Below are positions 31,381 through 40,934 of a stretch of 64,000 nucleotides of DNA, one piece after another. How positions within the stretch are numbered: the stretch's first letter is position 1; each line of letters starts with the position of its first letter. Source of the stretch: Candidatus Marinacidobacterales bacterium. GTDB taxonomy: Bacteria; Acidobacteriota; Vicinamibacteria; Marinacidobacterales; SMYC01. Location of the stretch: the NCBI GenBank assembly GCA_965237955.1, contig OZ250169.1, forward strand, positions 7,584,001-7,648,000. The letters are read 5' to 3'. The notes under the pieces were generated by a model. That model made no database searches and was not told where the DNA came from. It saw nothing but the letters and a program-made list of their open reading frames with translations. Position numbers and translations under genes: made by a program.

Positions 31381-31509
31381 TCGCCTGGATCTTTGATTAC
31401 TATACAAAGTTAGGCTTTTCGCCAGCCCATAAGATTCATAAGATTCATGCACTTAGAATGGTTTCGGCAAGCTCTGCTTTATCTAGTTTGTTCTGATACA
31501 GGGGACTAG
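31377..31509 (-). mobile_element. IS630-type MITE appended in inverted orientation
   Basis: Begins CTAGTCGCCTGGATCTTTGATTAC (mirror of the IS right end) and ends ..TACAGGGGACTAG (resembles the IS left end); no ORF. Confidence 0.75.
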
Positions 31510-31806
31510 CGCTTCTGACACTCCGTGCCGTTTCCGGGGCGTTCAAGGATCTCAAGGAGCTCGTGTTCATCGGCCCGTTCATCGCGATCACGACGGGCGT
31601 GAGCCTCGAGGCGCTCGCGACACGAGGCCGCACCGGGCGCTTTGCCGCGATCGCGGTTGCCCTCGGCCTTATCGCCTTCGGGATCTCCAAATTCGGCGAA
31701 TACGCCGCCCTCCACACGAAACTCGCGGGTTTGGATTAGTGCTCACGCGACCTGCCGTACATTAGCGTTCAAAAGTTTTTGCGATCGGGGTTAGAATGTC
31801 CGCGCT

Positions 31807-32538
31807 GTGTCGAAACGTCTAGAAGGCAAAGCCGCTCTCATCACCGGTGCGAGCAAAGGCATCGGGAAAGGAATCGCCAAGGTCTTTCTCGATGAGGGCG
31901 CGTCCGTTTTCTTGTGTGCGCGCGGTGAGCACCAACTCGCAAAAACCGCGGACGAGCTCTCGAGTCGCGGTGAGGTCTCGTTTCTCGCTGCCGACGTCGC
32001 CGATCCCGGCGACGCCGAGCGGCTCGGGTTGCGTGCGGTCGAGACGTTTCCCCATCTCTCGATCCTTTTGAACAACGCGAGCATCCTCGGCAAGCGGCAG
32101 GCGATCGCGGACGTGGATATCGCCACCTGGGATGACGTGCTGCGCGTGAACACGTCGAGCTTGTTCTACATCACCAAGCCGCTGGTGCCGCACTTGGTGG
32201 AACGAGGCGACGGTTCCATCATCAATGTCTCAAGCAGCGTCGGCCGGCACGGCAAGCCGAACTGGGGACCCTACGCAGTGTCGAAGTTCGGTCTCGAAGG
32301 CTTCACCCAGGTACTGGCCGCCGAGCTCGAGCCGCGCGGCGTTCGCGTGAACAGCGTGAACCCGGGAGCGACCCGCACCGACATGCGCGCAAGCGCGTAT
32401 CCCGACGAAGACCCGACGACTCTGCCGACTCCGGAAGACATCGCCGAGATCTTCGTGTTCCTGGCTTCGGACGAGTCGAAAACGACAAGCGGTCAAGCAT
32501 TCGAGGCTCGCGACTACCTGAAAACGACGTGGAGTTGA
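31807..32538 (+). CDS. short-chain dehydrogenase/reductase (YciK-like)
   Basis: TGASKGIG, NNAS, YAVSK, NPGATRTDMRA.AYP.ED. Confidence 0.9.
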   Translation: MSKRLEGKAALITGASKGIGKGIAKVFLDEGASVFLCARGEHQLAKTADELSSRGEVSFLAADVADPGDAERLGLRAVETFPHLSILLNNASILGKRQAIADVDIATWDDVLRVNTSSLFYITKPLVPHLVERGDGSIINVSSSVGRHGKPNWGPYAVSKFGLEGFTQVLAAELEPRGVRVNSVNPGATRTDMRASAYPDEDPTTLPTPEDIAEIFVFLASDESKTTSGQAFEARDYLKTTWS

Positions 32539-32551
32539 CCGCAATCCGCCG

Positions 32552-32878
32552 ATGGACATACGCACTATTTTCGACGCCTGCCACTTCTCGCCCGAGAAGA
32601 TGCAGAAGGTCAGCCTCTTCGCGACGACAGAGCTGTTTTTGGACCTCTACTGTCTCGAGCCCGGGCAGAAACAGAAAGTGCACACCCACGAAGATTCGTC
32701 GAAGTTCTACGTCGTCCTCGAGGGACATGCGCGTTTTCACATTGCAGACGAAACCAAGGACGTCGGCCCCGGCCAAGCGGTTCTCGCTCGAGCCGGCGAG
32801 CTGCACGGTGTGGAGAACACGACCCCCGATCGCGTCGTGCTGCTCGTGGGGATGGCACCGCCGCCGACACACGCCTGA
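32552..32878 (+). CDS. cupin domain protein
   Basis: PGQ.QKVHTH..YVVLEG..GELHGVEN. Confidence 0.85.
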   Translation: MDIRTIFDACHFSPEKMQKVSLFATTELFLDLYCLEPGQKQKVHTHEDSSKFYVVLEGHARFHIADETKDVGPGQAVLARAGELHGVENTTPDRVVLLVGMAPPPTHA

Positions 32879-32884
32879 TCACAC

Positions 32885-33063
32885 ATGAGCGGCCGAGAGA
32901 CATTCGGCTCACGCTTCGGCTCGTTGATGGCGCTATCAACCGTGGAAGCTCGATTCAAATCGGCCAGTTCTGGATCTTCTGGATTCGGTGGGTGATCCCG
33001 GCAGCGATCGTCGTTATCCTCGTATCCGGCTGGTGGCCACAACTCAACCAATTGTGGACGTGA
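32885..33063 (+). pseudogene. internally deleted sodium-dependent (SNF/NSS) transporter remnant
   Basis: MSGRETFGSRFG (typical N-terminus) joined out of frame to INRGSSIQIGQFWIFWIRWVIP..* (typical C-terminus). Confidence 0.6.
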
Positions 33064-33085
33064 TCACGATGTTGGAGACGCGCAC

Positions 33086-33863
33086 ATGAAACTTCGAGAC
33101 CGTAAAGCCTTTATCACCGGCGCGAGCCGCGGCATCGGCCGCGCCATCGCCCTCGCGTTCGCCAAAGAGGGCGCGGTGCTCGCGCTCGGCGCACGCTCGA
33201 TGGACTCGCTCGAGAAGCTCGCCGCGGAGATTGAAGCGGACGGCGGGAAGGCCGTTCCCATCCAAATCGACGTCGGCAGCGGTAGCTCCATCGCCGACGC
33301 ACAAGCGGCGGTCGGCGAGAAGCTCGGTGATATCTATATCGTCGTCAACAACGCCGGCATTGCGAGAAGCGTCAAAGTGCTCGACATGGACGACGAGCAC
33401 TGGCAGTCCCACCTCGACATCAACCTCACCGGCACGTTCCGCGTGACACGGGCGTTCTTGCCGGGGCTCGTCGCGGAAGGTTGGGGTCGTGTCATCAATA
33501 TCGCATCGACGGCGGGCAAAGTCTGTTTTCAATACACGGCCGCCTACTGCGCGAGCAAGCACGGTGTCATTGGGTTGACGCGCGCGCTCGATCTCGAAAT
33601 GGCGTCGGAAAACGTTACCGTCAACGCGATCTGCCCCGAGCTTCGTCAATACCGACATGACGTCCGAGGCGGCCAGAAACATCGCCCAGAAAACCGGCGG
33701 GAGCGAAGCGGACGCGCTTCGATGGCTGAAGAAGTTTTCGCCGCAGAATCGTTTCGTCGAGCCCGAGGAAGTCGCCGCGGTCGCGGTCATGCTCGCCTCC
33801 GAAGACGCGCGCGGCATTAACGGCCAGGCAATCAATATCGACGGTGGGGCCGTCGTCTATTGA
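33086..33863 (+). CDS. short-chain dehydrogenase/reductase; frameshift near 33635
   Basis: TGASRGIG, NNAG, YCASK; C-terminus INGQAINIDGG in ORF 33657..33863; extra C in a C-run. Confidence 0.82.
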
Positions 33864-34005
33864 GGCGCTGGCCGATGCGTTGTTGCGCGTGTCTCAGCTT
33901 GTGATGCGACATCCAGAGATTGCGGAGATGGATATCAATCCCCTAATCTCACTCGAAGACGGGGCTGTCGCGGTGGACGCTCGGATTCAGTTGACGGAGG
34001 AGTGA
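33862..34005 (+). pseudogene. orphan C-terminal fragment of NDP-forming acyl-CoA synthetase (ATP-grasp)
   Basis: EALADALLRVSQLVMRHPEIAEMDINPL..AVAVDARI*. Confidence 0.7.
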
Positions 34006-34030
34006 GGCTGGACCGATGGATCGGGCAGGC

Positions 34031-35914
34031 TCAGAGCGCATTAGCCCTTTGGTCCGCGAAAAAGACCCACTGTTGCCAGAAGCCGATGACGGTTAGCGCG
34101 AGTAGGATACCCGCTCCTACGAGTCGGCGCGCTCCGCCTCGATGCAAAAGCTCCGCGAGCAAGACCGCCGACGTGATGCACACGAACGGTGTCAGGAACA
34201 ATGTTTCGTGTCCATGCAAGAAAACATCTGGAATCTTCGCGCGGCCGAGGAGCAACAAGAAATACGTGAGGATCCACGCCGAGAACACGAGCCGGGGAAC
34301 CCTGCGCACGAACATGAGCCCGAGACCGACCGCCGCCAGAACCGGGTACAAAAGGCCGAAAAACTCGTAGCTCCGCTTCGCTGTCGTTTCGAAAAAGCCG
34401 GTGATGGGGTAGCGCGATTCGGCAGCGACGCCTCCGACCATGCGCGAGGTAACGTCTGTGACCATCGGTAGAAAGTCACGGTAAAACACGGCGAACGCGA
34501 TGAGGCCACCAACGGCGCCCATGCCGAGCACCCGAAGCGCAAGCTGTCGTCGATGCTCGCCCGCGAAGAAAACCGCCAGCACAGCAAGGCCGGCCACGAA
34601 CAAGCTGATGTTGATAACCCCGGAAACGTAGGCCAGTTGCGAGCACGCGACGAGAACGCCACCGACGAGCCATTGACGCCTCTCGGCCAATCCAGCGAGA
34701 TTGCGAAAAATCCAATACACGAACGCGATGTCTACAGCGTGACCGAAGAGCGATGGCAAGAAAGCGTAGCTCAGACGCGACGAGTACGTCGGAATGACGA
34801 CCATGAGAATCGCACCGACAACGGGCACCGGAGAAGCAAAACCGAAGCTACGAGAGAACGCCCACACGAGTGCGATCGGCACGGTAGAGATCGCGGCAGC
34901 GGCGAGCTTCAGTGTCAGCACGAGCGCGTCGTAGCCGAGATCGAAGAAAGCGAACGGGAGATGAAACATGGGCGTGTACGGAAACGCGTACGTTTGCCCG
35001 TACGCTTCGGTCACCCATACGTTGTGCTCGGTGATCACCGAAGAGGGCGACACGAGAAAATCGAGACCGGCTTCGTGCACGAAACCGACGAGACGCGCAT
35101 GGGTACGCAAATCCGGGTAGTAGAAATCCGGATGGTTGACGGCCGCCGCCCGCACGAGGAACGCGACGAGCATGAACCCGAAAACGAGTCGTAGCGTTGC
35201 CCTATCGACCTTGATAAGCCGGCCGATACCGAGCACCGCGAGACCAAAAAGCGGGACTGCGATCGCAAGCCCTCGAACGAGCCGGTGCGTCAGCCACGGG
35301 TCGCTCCAAAGCCCGAAGGCGAGCGCGAGCGCGAGCGGCGCGGTCAGAGTCGCGGCGCGCGCTACGGCGGCTCCCGACGCAATCCACACCATGAGGAGCA
35401 TGAGGGTGATGACGATCGGTTGCCAGAACGCCCAACCGATGAGCCGCACCGAAGACTGGTCTCCGAGATCGAAGCGCACCCAATCCAGCTTGATCCCCAT
35501 GTTCTGACGCTCGTGCGAGTCACAACGCACAGCGAAGCTCAAAGGAGTGTCGAGAACCGCAAGGGATCCGTGGCGCTCCTCGAACGCTCCGCCGCGCCGC
35601 GAGAACCCATCGATGGGAACTCCGCTGACGTCCACCTCGATCTCAGCCGTCTCACCGAAGACGCGCGCATAGCGATAGACGACATCGACGGGACCGCCTT
35701 CGACACGAAGCGGCAACGCTATGGTGGCATCATAGGTCGTCCAATGGGTCGCGAGCTTCTCGTCGATCTCGTAAGCGGGGAGAAATCCCTCGAGATAAGG
35801 CGTGTCGCCCGGCCCGAGGTTGAAATCGATAATGCGTGGGCCCGAGCTCCCCATCCACGCCGCGACGAGCGGCAGAAGAAGAGCAATTCCCGCCAGCCGT
35901 TCGAGGCGCCGCAC
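34031..35914 (-). CDS. multi-TM GT-C-like membrane protein
   Basis: Periplasmic beta domain plus about 12 TM; HPDFYYPD, YAFPYTP; paralog at 28568. Confidence 0.7.
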   Translation of the reverse strand: MRRLERLAGIALLLPLVAAWMGSSGPRIIDFNLGPGDTPYLEGFLPAYEIDEKLATHWTTYDATIALPLRVEGGPVDVVYRYARVFGETAEIEVDVSGVPIDGFSRRGGAFEERHGSLAVLDTPLSFAVRCDSHERQNMGIKLDWVRFDLGDQSSVRLIGWAFWQPIVITLMLLMVWIASGAAVARAATLTAPLALALAFGLWSDPWLTHRLVRGLAIAVPLFGLAVLGIGRLIKVDRATLRLVFGFMLVAFLVRAAAVNHPDFYYPDLRTHARLVGFVHEAGLDFLVSPSSVITEHNVWVTEAYGQTYAFPYTPMFHLPFAFFDLGYDALVLTLKLAAAAISTVPIALVWAFSRSFGFASPVPVVGAILMVVIPTYSSRLSYAFLPSLFGHAVDIAFVYWIFRNLAGLAERRQWLVGGVLVACSQLAYVSGVINISLFVAGLAVLAVFFAGEHRRQLALRVLGMGAVGGLIAFAVFYRDFLPMVTDVTSRMVGGVAAESRYPITGFFETTAKRSYEFFGLLYPVLAAVGLGLMFVRRVPRLVFSAWILTYFLLLLGRAKIPDVFLHGHETLFLTPFVCITSAVLLAELLHRGGARRLVGAGILLALTVIGFWQQWVFFADQRANAL

Positions 35915-35941
35915 GACTCTCTCAGTCCGTCTTAGTCCGTG

Positions 35942-37351
35942 TTAATCGACGATGCGGTAGCTACGCACTCGTTTTTCGAGAGCGTCCCAGATGTCTCCGG
36001 CGGTGTCGCCGTTCGCGACGCCCTCCGCGATGAAGCGCCCCATGTCGAGGCAGTGATCCGAGTTGTTGTAGTTGAACATTCCGAGCCGGCCCGTCGGGAT
36101 CAAATTGTCGACCACGCGGAGCCTCGCGTACCGCTCGGCGAGGCGCTCGCGATAATCGATGGAATAGACCGGATAAAAGTCGCGAAAGCGTTTGACGAAG
36201 CTCGCCGACAGACGGTCTTCACTGGTCACCCCGACGGATTCGATTGCTCGCAGACACCGCTTCGCGAGATCTTCGTCGGAAGACTTCCATAGCTCGTCGT
36301 CCATATCGCACGTCAAATCGCAGCAAAGCACCGTCTTTCCCTCGGGTCCGAGCTCGGCGCTCATCGCCTTCTGCTCGAACAGACGGCTGAACGGGAACTC
36401 TCGCTCCGGAAAGAAAATCCAATGGTCTTCGAGCACGCGATCTTCATCGATAACGAGATAGACGAGAAGAAGTTGACGCGAACGGAGATCCGCCCTGTCC
36501 GTGTCGCCACCGCCGACGCCGAGAAGATCGGACAACCCATGGATGGGGATCGAAGAGACGAGGAGATCGCAGGGGAGGAGCGTGTGCTCGGAACCTTGTT
36601 CGACACGGAGTTCCGTCACTCGAGCGCCGTCACGCTCAACGCCGACGACGGTCGCACCGGTCAAGATGCGGCCGGAGGCCGCCTTCACGTTCGAAGCCAG
36701 CTTGTCGGGAAACGCGCCGAAGCCTTTCCGTGGATAGTAGAAAAACGGCGCGTCCACGTCCGGCGTGCTCTCCTTCAGCTTCAGGAGTCGCAAGATCAGC
36801 TCGGTGGCGCCGCCGGAAGGAATGCGCGCCGCGGCGAGCTCGGCCGCGAGCTTTTTCGGGTCGCCCCACACTTTCCACGCGAGCGGCTCGAACACGAGCT
36901 CGTAGACCGCACGGCCAAAGCGACGGACGACGTAGTCCTCGTAGGAAGCCGGCGGCTTTCCGTTGATGACGCCCGACACCATCGCCGCCGCATAGTCGAG
37001 GCCCATTTTCACGGAGCGCACCGGGCCGAGAAGCGGCAACAGGTTCCCGAGGCTTAAAGGGTAATCGAGGTAGCGACCGAGAAGCCGAATCCGGTTCCTC
37101 TTCTGATGCTCGATGAGCTCGTCGCCCATGATCGATTTCAGCTCGTCCAACACACCCGGCACCACCGAGTACATCTTGTGCGGCCCATGATCGAGGGTGA
37201 ACCCATGACTCTGGAAGCTCGCGCACAGACCTCCGGTGTGAGGCGCTTTTTCCACGACGGTGACCCGATGTCCGTCGCGCGCAAGATAGTGGGCGGCAGC
37301 GAGCCCGGCGACACCGCCACCGAGGATGACGACGTTCTTGGGCTCAGCCAT
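35942..37351 (-). CDS. FAD-dependent oxidoreductase (HemY/UDP-galactopyranose mutase-like, glycan-cluster type)
   Basis: GGGVAGLAAA, GGLCAS, DHGPH, YPRKGFG, GRLGMFNYNNSDH. Confidence 0.85.
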   Translation of the reverse strand: MAEPKNVVILGGGVAGLAAAHYLARDGHRVTVVEKAPHTGGLCASFQSHGFTLDHGPHKMYSVVPGVLDELKSIMGDELIEHQKRNRIRLLGRYLDYPLSLGNLLPLLGPVRSVKMGLDYAAAMVSGVINGKPPASYEDYVVRRFGRAVYELVFEPLAWKVWGDPKKLAAELAAARIPSGGATELILRLLKLKESTPDVDAPFFYYPRKGFGAFPDKLASNVKAASGRILTGATVVGVERDGARVTELRVEQGSEHTLLPCDLLVSSIPIHGLSDLLGVGGGDTDRADLRSRQLLLVYLVIDEDRVLEDHWIFFPEREFPFSRLFEQKAMSAELGPEGKTVLCCDLTCDMDDELWKSSDEDLAKRCLRAIESVGVTSEDRLSASFVKRFRDFYPVYSIDYRERLAERYARLRVVDNLIPTGRLGMFNYNNSDHCLDMGRFIAEGVANGDTAGDIWDALEKRVRSYRIVD

Positions 37352-38294
37352 TTCGAGCTCGCTTTTTGGCGACGACCATCGTTTGCCCCACCCAATAGTG
37401 GAACGGCAGCCGGCTCAGGCGAAGGGTGTCCATCGTTTTCGTGACGACCCCTCCGAGCGGCCCGAGATACGGCGCGGCGCGCTCGGACACGTAGCCGAGC
37501 TCGAGCGTCTGGATGTGCTTGCGGAAGACGAGCGGCTCGAAGTCGGTTCGCCGCAAGAGCTCCCGCATGGTGTCGGGAACAAAGTAGTAAAGATGTACGG
37601 TGAGGAGAAACGGCCATCGCGATCCGAGCAGACGCGCCGCGCCACTCCCGTAGTCAGGGTACGTCAACGCCAAGATGCCGTTTTCCGACAACAGCTCGTG
37701 AGCACGCTCGCGCACCGCTTTCGGATCGGGCGTGTGCTCCAAAACGTCCCACGCGGTGAGAAGGTCGATGCTTCCCTTCTCGAACGGGGCATCGAAGAGC
37801 GTTCCTTGGTGAAGCGATAGGCCGTAGTGCTCTTTCGCGAAATTGCACGTGCTCGGCTCACAGCCGCGGGGCTCGTATCCGGCTTCTCGCGCGATGGCGA
37901 GAAACGATCCACCCGCGGTGCCCACATCGAGAACGCGCTTTCCCGGCGGTTCGCAGGCCGCTTCGACGCGGGCGAGACAGCGCGCGAACGTGTTCTCGCG
38001 AAACGCGATCTGCGAAACGAACTGCGCGTCTTCCGCACCCTGGTAGCCGTCGAGGACGAGGTCAGCTCGGAGCCGAGGGCGCACGTAGACGAGACCGCAG
38101 TCTTTGCAGCGAACTGCCTGATCTTTCAGCGGCTCGTCACCGGAGGAGCGAAAAACGACATCGAGGTCGATGGGAGCTTCCGGATCCCGCTTCGAAGGGA
38201 TCACGACATCGAACTCGTCGGATCCGCAGATCGCGCACGAGACGCTTTCGCGTGCCGACGCTTCGGGCTTGCTCGCCGCGGGCGTGGCCGTCAC
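37344..38294 (-). CDS. class I SAM-dependent methyltransferase with N-terminal Zn-binding motif
   Basis: CAICG..CKDCGL, VLDVGTAGGSF, WDVLEH. Confidence 0.85.
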   Translation of the reverse strand: MTATPAASKPEASARESVSCAICGSDEFDVVIPSKRDPEAPIDLDVVFRSSGDEPLKDQAVRCKDCGLVYVRPRLRADLVLDGYQGAEDAQFVSQIAFRENTFARCLARVEAACEPPGKRVLDVGTAGGSFLAIAREAGYEPRGCEPSTCNFAKEHYGLSLHQGTLFDAPFEKGSIDLLTAWDVLEHTPDPKAVRERAHELLSENGILALTYPDYGSGAARLLGSRWPFLLTVHLYYFVPDTMRELLRRTDFEPLVFRKHIQTLELGYVSERAAPYLGPLGGVVTKTMDTLRLSRLPFHYWVGQTMVVAKKRARNG

Positions 38295-39154
38295 CGGACC
38301 CTCCTGCGGAGCACTTGAAGCTCGCGGAAGCCGGTGTTGATGGCGTTCATCATCAAGCCGACGATGACGAGCGCGAACGCGAGCAACAGGAGCCCGACGA
38401 CCACGACCGCGTGGGTGTAGCTTGGCACGCTTGCGAGAAACCCGAAGCCCCACGCCGCAGCGTAACCTATTGCGATCATCCCGAGAACCGCCGCGAGCAC
38501 GCTGAAAAAGTACAGCGGGCGATGATTGCGGAGCAACATGGCAATGGTAATGAGAATCCGGTAACCGTCGCCAAACGGGCTCAACTTCGAGTAGCCTCCC
38601 GACGGTCGCTCACGATAGCGGATCGGGATTTCCTCGATCACCATCCCCTTGCCGAGCGCCTGCAACGTCAACTCGGTCTCGGTCTCGAAGCCTCCCGTGA
38701 TCAGAGGCACGGAGCGCAGGAAGTTCCGGTTCATCACCCGGTAGCCCGACAGAATATCTTTGAAGGAAGTCCGGAAGACGAAGTTCATGATCCCGATGAT
38801 GAGGTGATTGCCGAATCGTCTCAGGTCATTGAGCGCCCGACCCGAGGCGTCTTTCAACCGGTTACCGACCACCATGTCGGCACGATCCTTCACCACCGGC
38901 TCCAGCAGAGCGTGCACGTCTTCGGCGAAGTAGGTGTCATCGCCATCGACGACGACGAGGACGTCGGCATCGACCGTTTCGAAAATCGATTGCATGACGT
39001 AGCCCTTGCCCGGTCGCTTTTCGAGGACGACGCGAGCGCCCGCCGCGACCGCCTCGTCACCGGTGGCGTCGGTGGAGGCGTTGTCGAAAACGACGATCTC
39101 CGCGTCGGGGAGCTCACGCCGAAAATCCTTAACAACTTTGCCTCTCCTGCCATT

Positions 39155-40375
39155 TCAGTGGATCCTCTCGAGGGTGAGACCGCCACAGTTTAGGTAGACG
39201 AGACTGATGAGAGCTTCGGCAGAGTGGAGTCCAAAGCTGCGGTGGCTCAGCAGCCTGATTTTGTTGTTCATTCCTTCGAGTCGGCCGTTGCTGAGTCTCC
39301 ACGTGACCCACGCGATGACGCCATCGAAGTGGCTGCGGATCATCTTCGCCGCGCGTTTGACGGGCTCTATCCTCGAGCTCATAGCGCGCCGCAGCCATCC
39401 TCGGAGAAACTTCTTGGCCCATGTCTCGGTTTTGTAGGTGTAGAGGTCCATGAAGTCGTCGCGCAGAAGCATGGCGCGGTAGAGGCGACGATTAGCTCGC
39501 ACCTGCTCGCGGAGCACCCGTTTGTCTTTCGCGCTGCGGTTGTGTTTGGCCTTGAGAAGGGGAAACTTGGTGTTCTTGAGGTTGCGCCGGGCAGTCCCTT
39601 TGAGCTCGCGCACCAGCTCGCGCCGGGTCTTATCCACGGCCTCGTTCAGATGCTTGACGATGTGGAAGCGGTCAAAGATCACCCGTGCCTGAGGAGCCTT
39701 TTTGCCGACGACAGTTATGTACGGCTCCCACATGTCCATGCTGACCGCTTCGAGCTCCGCGGCTCTTTGTGGTCCGAGCTTGCGGAAAAACCGCAGCAGC
39801 GTCTTGGCCTTGCGCTCCTTTCCCGCCCAGACGACCCGGCCGCTGAGATGGTCTATTACCACTGTTAAGTACTTGTGGCGTTTGCGGTAGCTGATCTCGT
39901 CCATCCCAATCACCCGCAATCCATCGAGCTCGCGCCGCTCATCCCGCTGCTCGGCAACCACTCGCTGGATGATCCGTCGCACCGAACGCCACGTCACTCG
40001 GAAATAGTTCGCTACGGCGCTGACGTCCGTCCTCTGTGCCAGCCACGCTACCTCTTGTTCGAAGCTTTTGGTAAAGCGGCTTCCCTTGTCGGCCCAAGGC
40101 ACCTTTTCTCTGACCACTCCACACCGCCGACATACCACTCGTCGGATCGAGTAGCGAAGATAGGTCCGGACTCCGAACAGGTCCAAGTGCCGCCAGTAGC
40201 GATTGTAGCGATCTTTGTTCTTGCGGACCTTTCGTCCGCAAATCCCGCACAGAGGCTTCCTCCTCCGTGGTACTACATCCACCACCACTCTGGCTTTGTC
40301 CGCCTGGAAGTGGAAACCTCGGACCCACAGGCCTTGCAATCCGATGAGCTTGTTGACTAACGTAGTAACGCGCAT
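39155..40375 (-). CDS. ISL3 transposase
   Basis: CGICG..CRRCG, VPWA, GMDEISY, MDMW, FDRFHI, EGMNNKIR. Confidence 0.92.
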   Translation of the reverse strand: MRVTTLVNKLIGLQGLWVRGFHFQADKARVVVDVVPRRRKPLCGICGRKVRKNKDRYNRYWRHLDLFGVRTYLRYSIRRVVCRRCGVVREKVPWADKGSRFTKSFEQEVAWLAQRTDVSAVANYFRVTWRSVRRIIQRVVAEQRDERRELDGLRVIGMDEISYRKRHKYLTVVIDHLSGRVVWAGKERKAKTLLRFFRKLGPQRAAELEAVSMDMWEPYITVVGKKAPQARVIFDRFHIVKHLNEAVDKTRRELVRELKGTARRNLKNTKFPLLKAKHNRSAKDKRVLREQVRANRRLYRAMLLRDDFMDLYTYKTETWAKKFLRGWLRRAMSSRIEPVKRAAKMIRSHFDGVIAWVTWRLSNGRLEGMNNKIRLLSHRSFGLHSAEALISLVYLNCGGLTLERIH

Positions 40376-40500
40376 CGCGGGAACGCTCTTTTCTCTTTCG
40401 GAAAAAAAGATTCTAGCGTTCTCGCCGATGCGCATCTACACATGGCTTACCCTCTCAACCCACGGGCCTCACCAAATGCCACTGCCCCTCAGCGGGAGAC

Positions 40501-40813
40501 GAGGCTGTGGGAAACGCCCCCACGGTTCTGGTCGTTCAGACCTTGCTCACGACTGAGTTCTCTTCGAAGCCTGGAAGGGCGTTTTCCATAGCCTCCACTA
40601 ATCGAGCCCCCCCTTCCTTATTCCATATGAATTAATCTTTCTTGTATATATATCAGGAGGGGCCTGTGGGCGCTCGTGGGAAACGCGAAGCGTTTTCCAA
40701 GCGATTGTGGAAAACGCCGCTCCACGTTTGTACGTGCTCACAACCTTTCCCTAAACGCCTCTCTCGCCCGGAGTTTTCGGCGTTTTCCACAATCGCGGCA
40801 GCGTCCATAGGCC
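40501..40813 (+). other. multi-hairpin structured region containing DnaA-box-like motifs (candidate ncRNA or ssDNA signal)
   Basis: Stems 40501-19/40577-95, 40661-69/40805-13, 40677-86/40690-99, 40701-19/40778-96; G-T pairs on the + strand. Confidence 0.65.
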
Positions 40814-40934
40814 ATGCCCTCCAACACAAATCAGATCCCCCGAAACGACAGGAGAACCCAAACTTTTCCCACCGTCGGCGCTTCATTGAAGCACGGAACG
40901 GCAATGGCGATGCGCAAAACTGAGTCGAGACCTC

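Larger units (their letters stand above)
28568..31739 (+). pseudogene. multi-TM GT-C-like protein interrupted by IS630 (plus frameshift near 29560)
   Basis: Paralog of 34031..35914 (HPSYWYPD, YALPYSPLF); frame resumes after the IS at 31506 (LALLTLRAV...AGLD*). Confidence 0.75.
39140..40859 (-). mobile_element. ISL3-family insertion sequence with long non-coding leader
   Basis: Imperfect IRs GCCTCTCCTGCCATTTCAGTGGATC / GATCCCCCGAAACGACAGGAGAACC; AACTTT duplicated at both flanks. Confidence 0.88.
38291..40917 (-). pseudogene. GT2 glycosyltransferase interrupted by ISL3
   Basis: N-terminus LRIAIAVPCFNEAPTVGKV at 40917-40861 continues as KVVKDFRRELPDAEIVVFDNASTD..GKG..DGDDTY below 39140. Confidence 0.88.
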
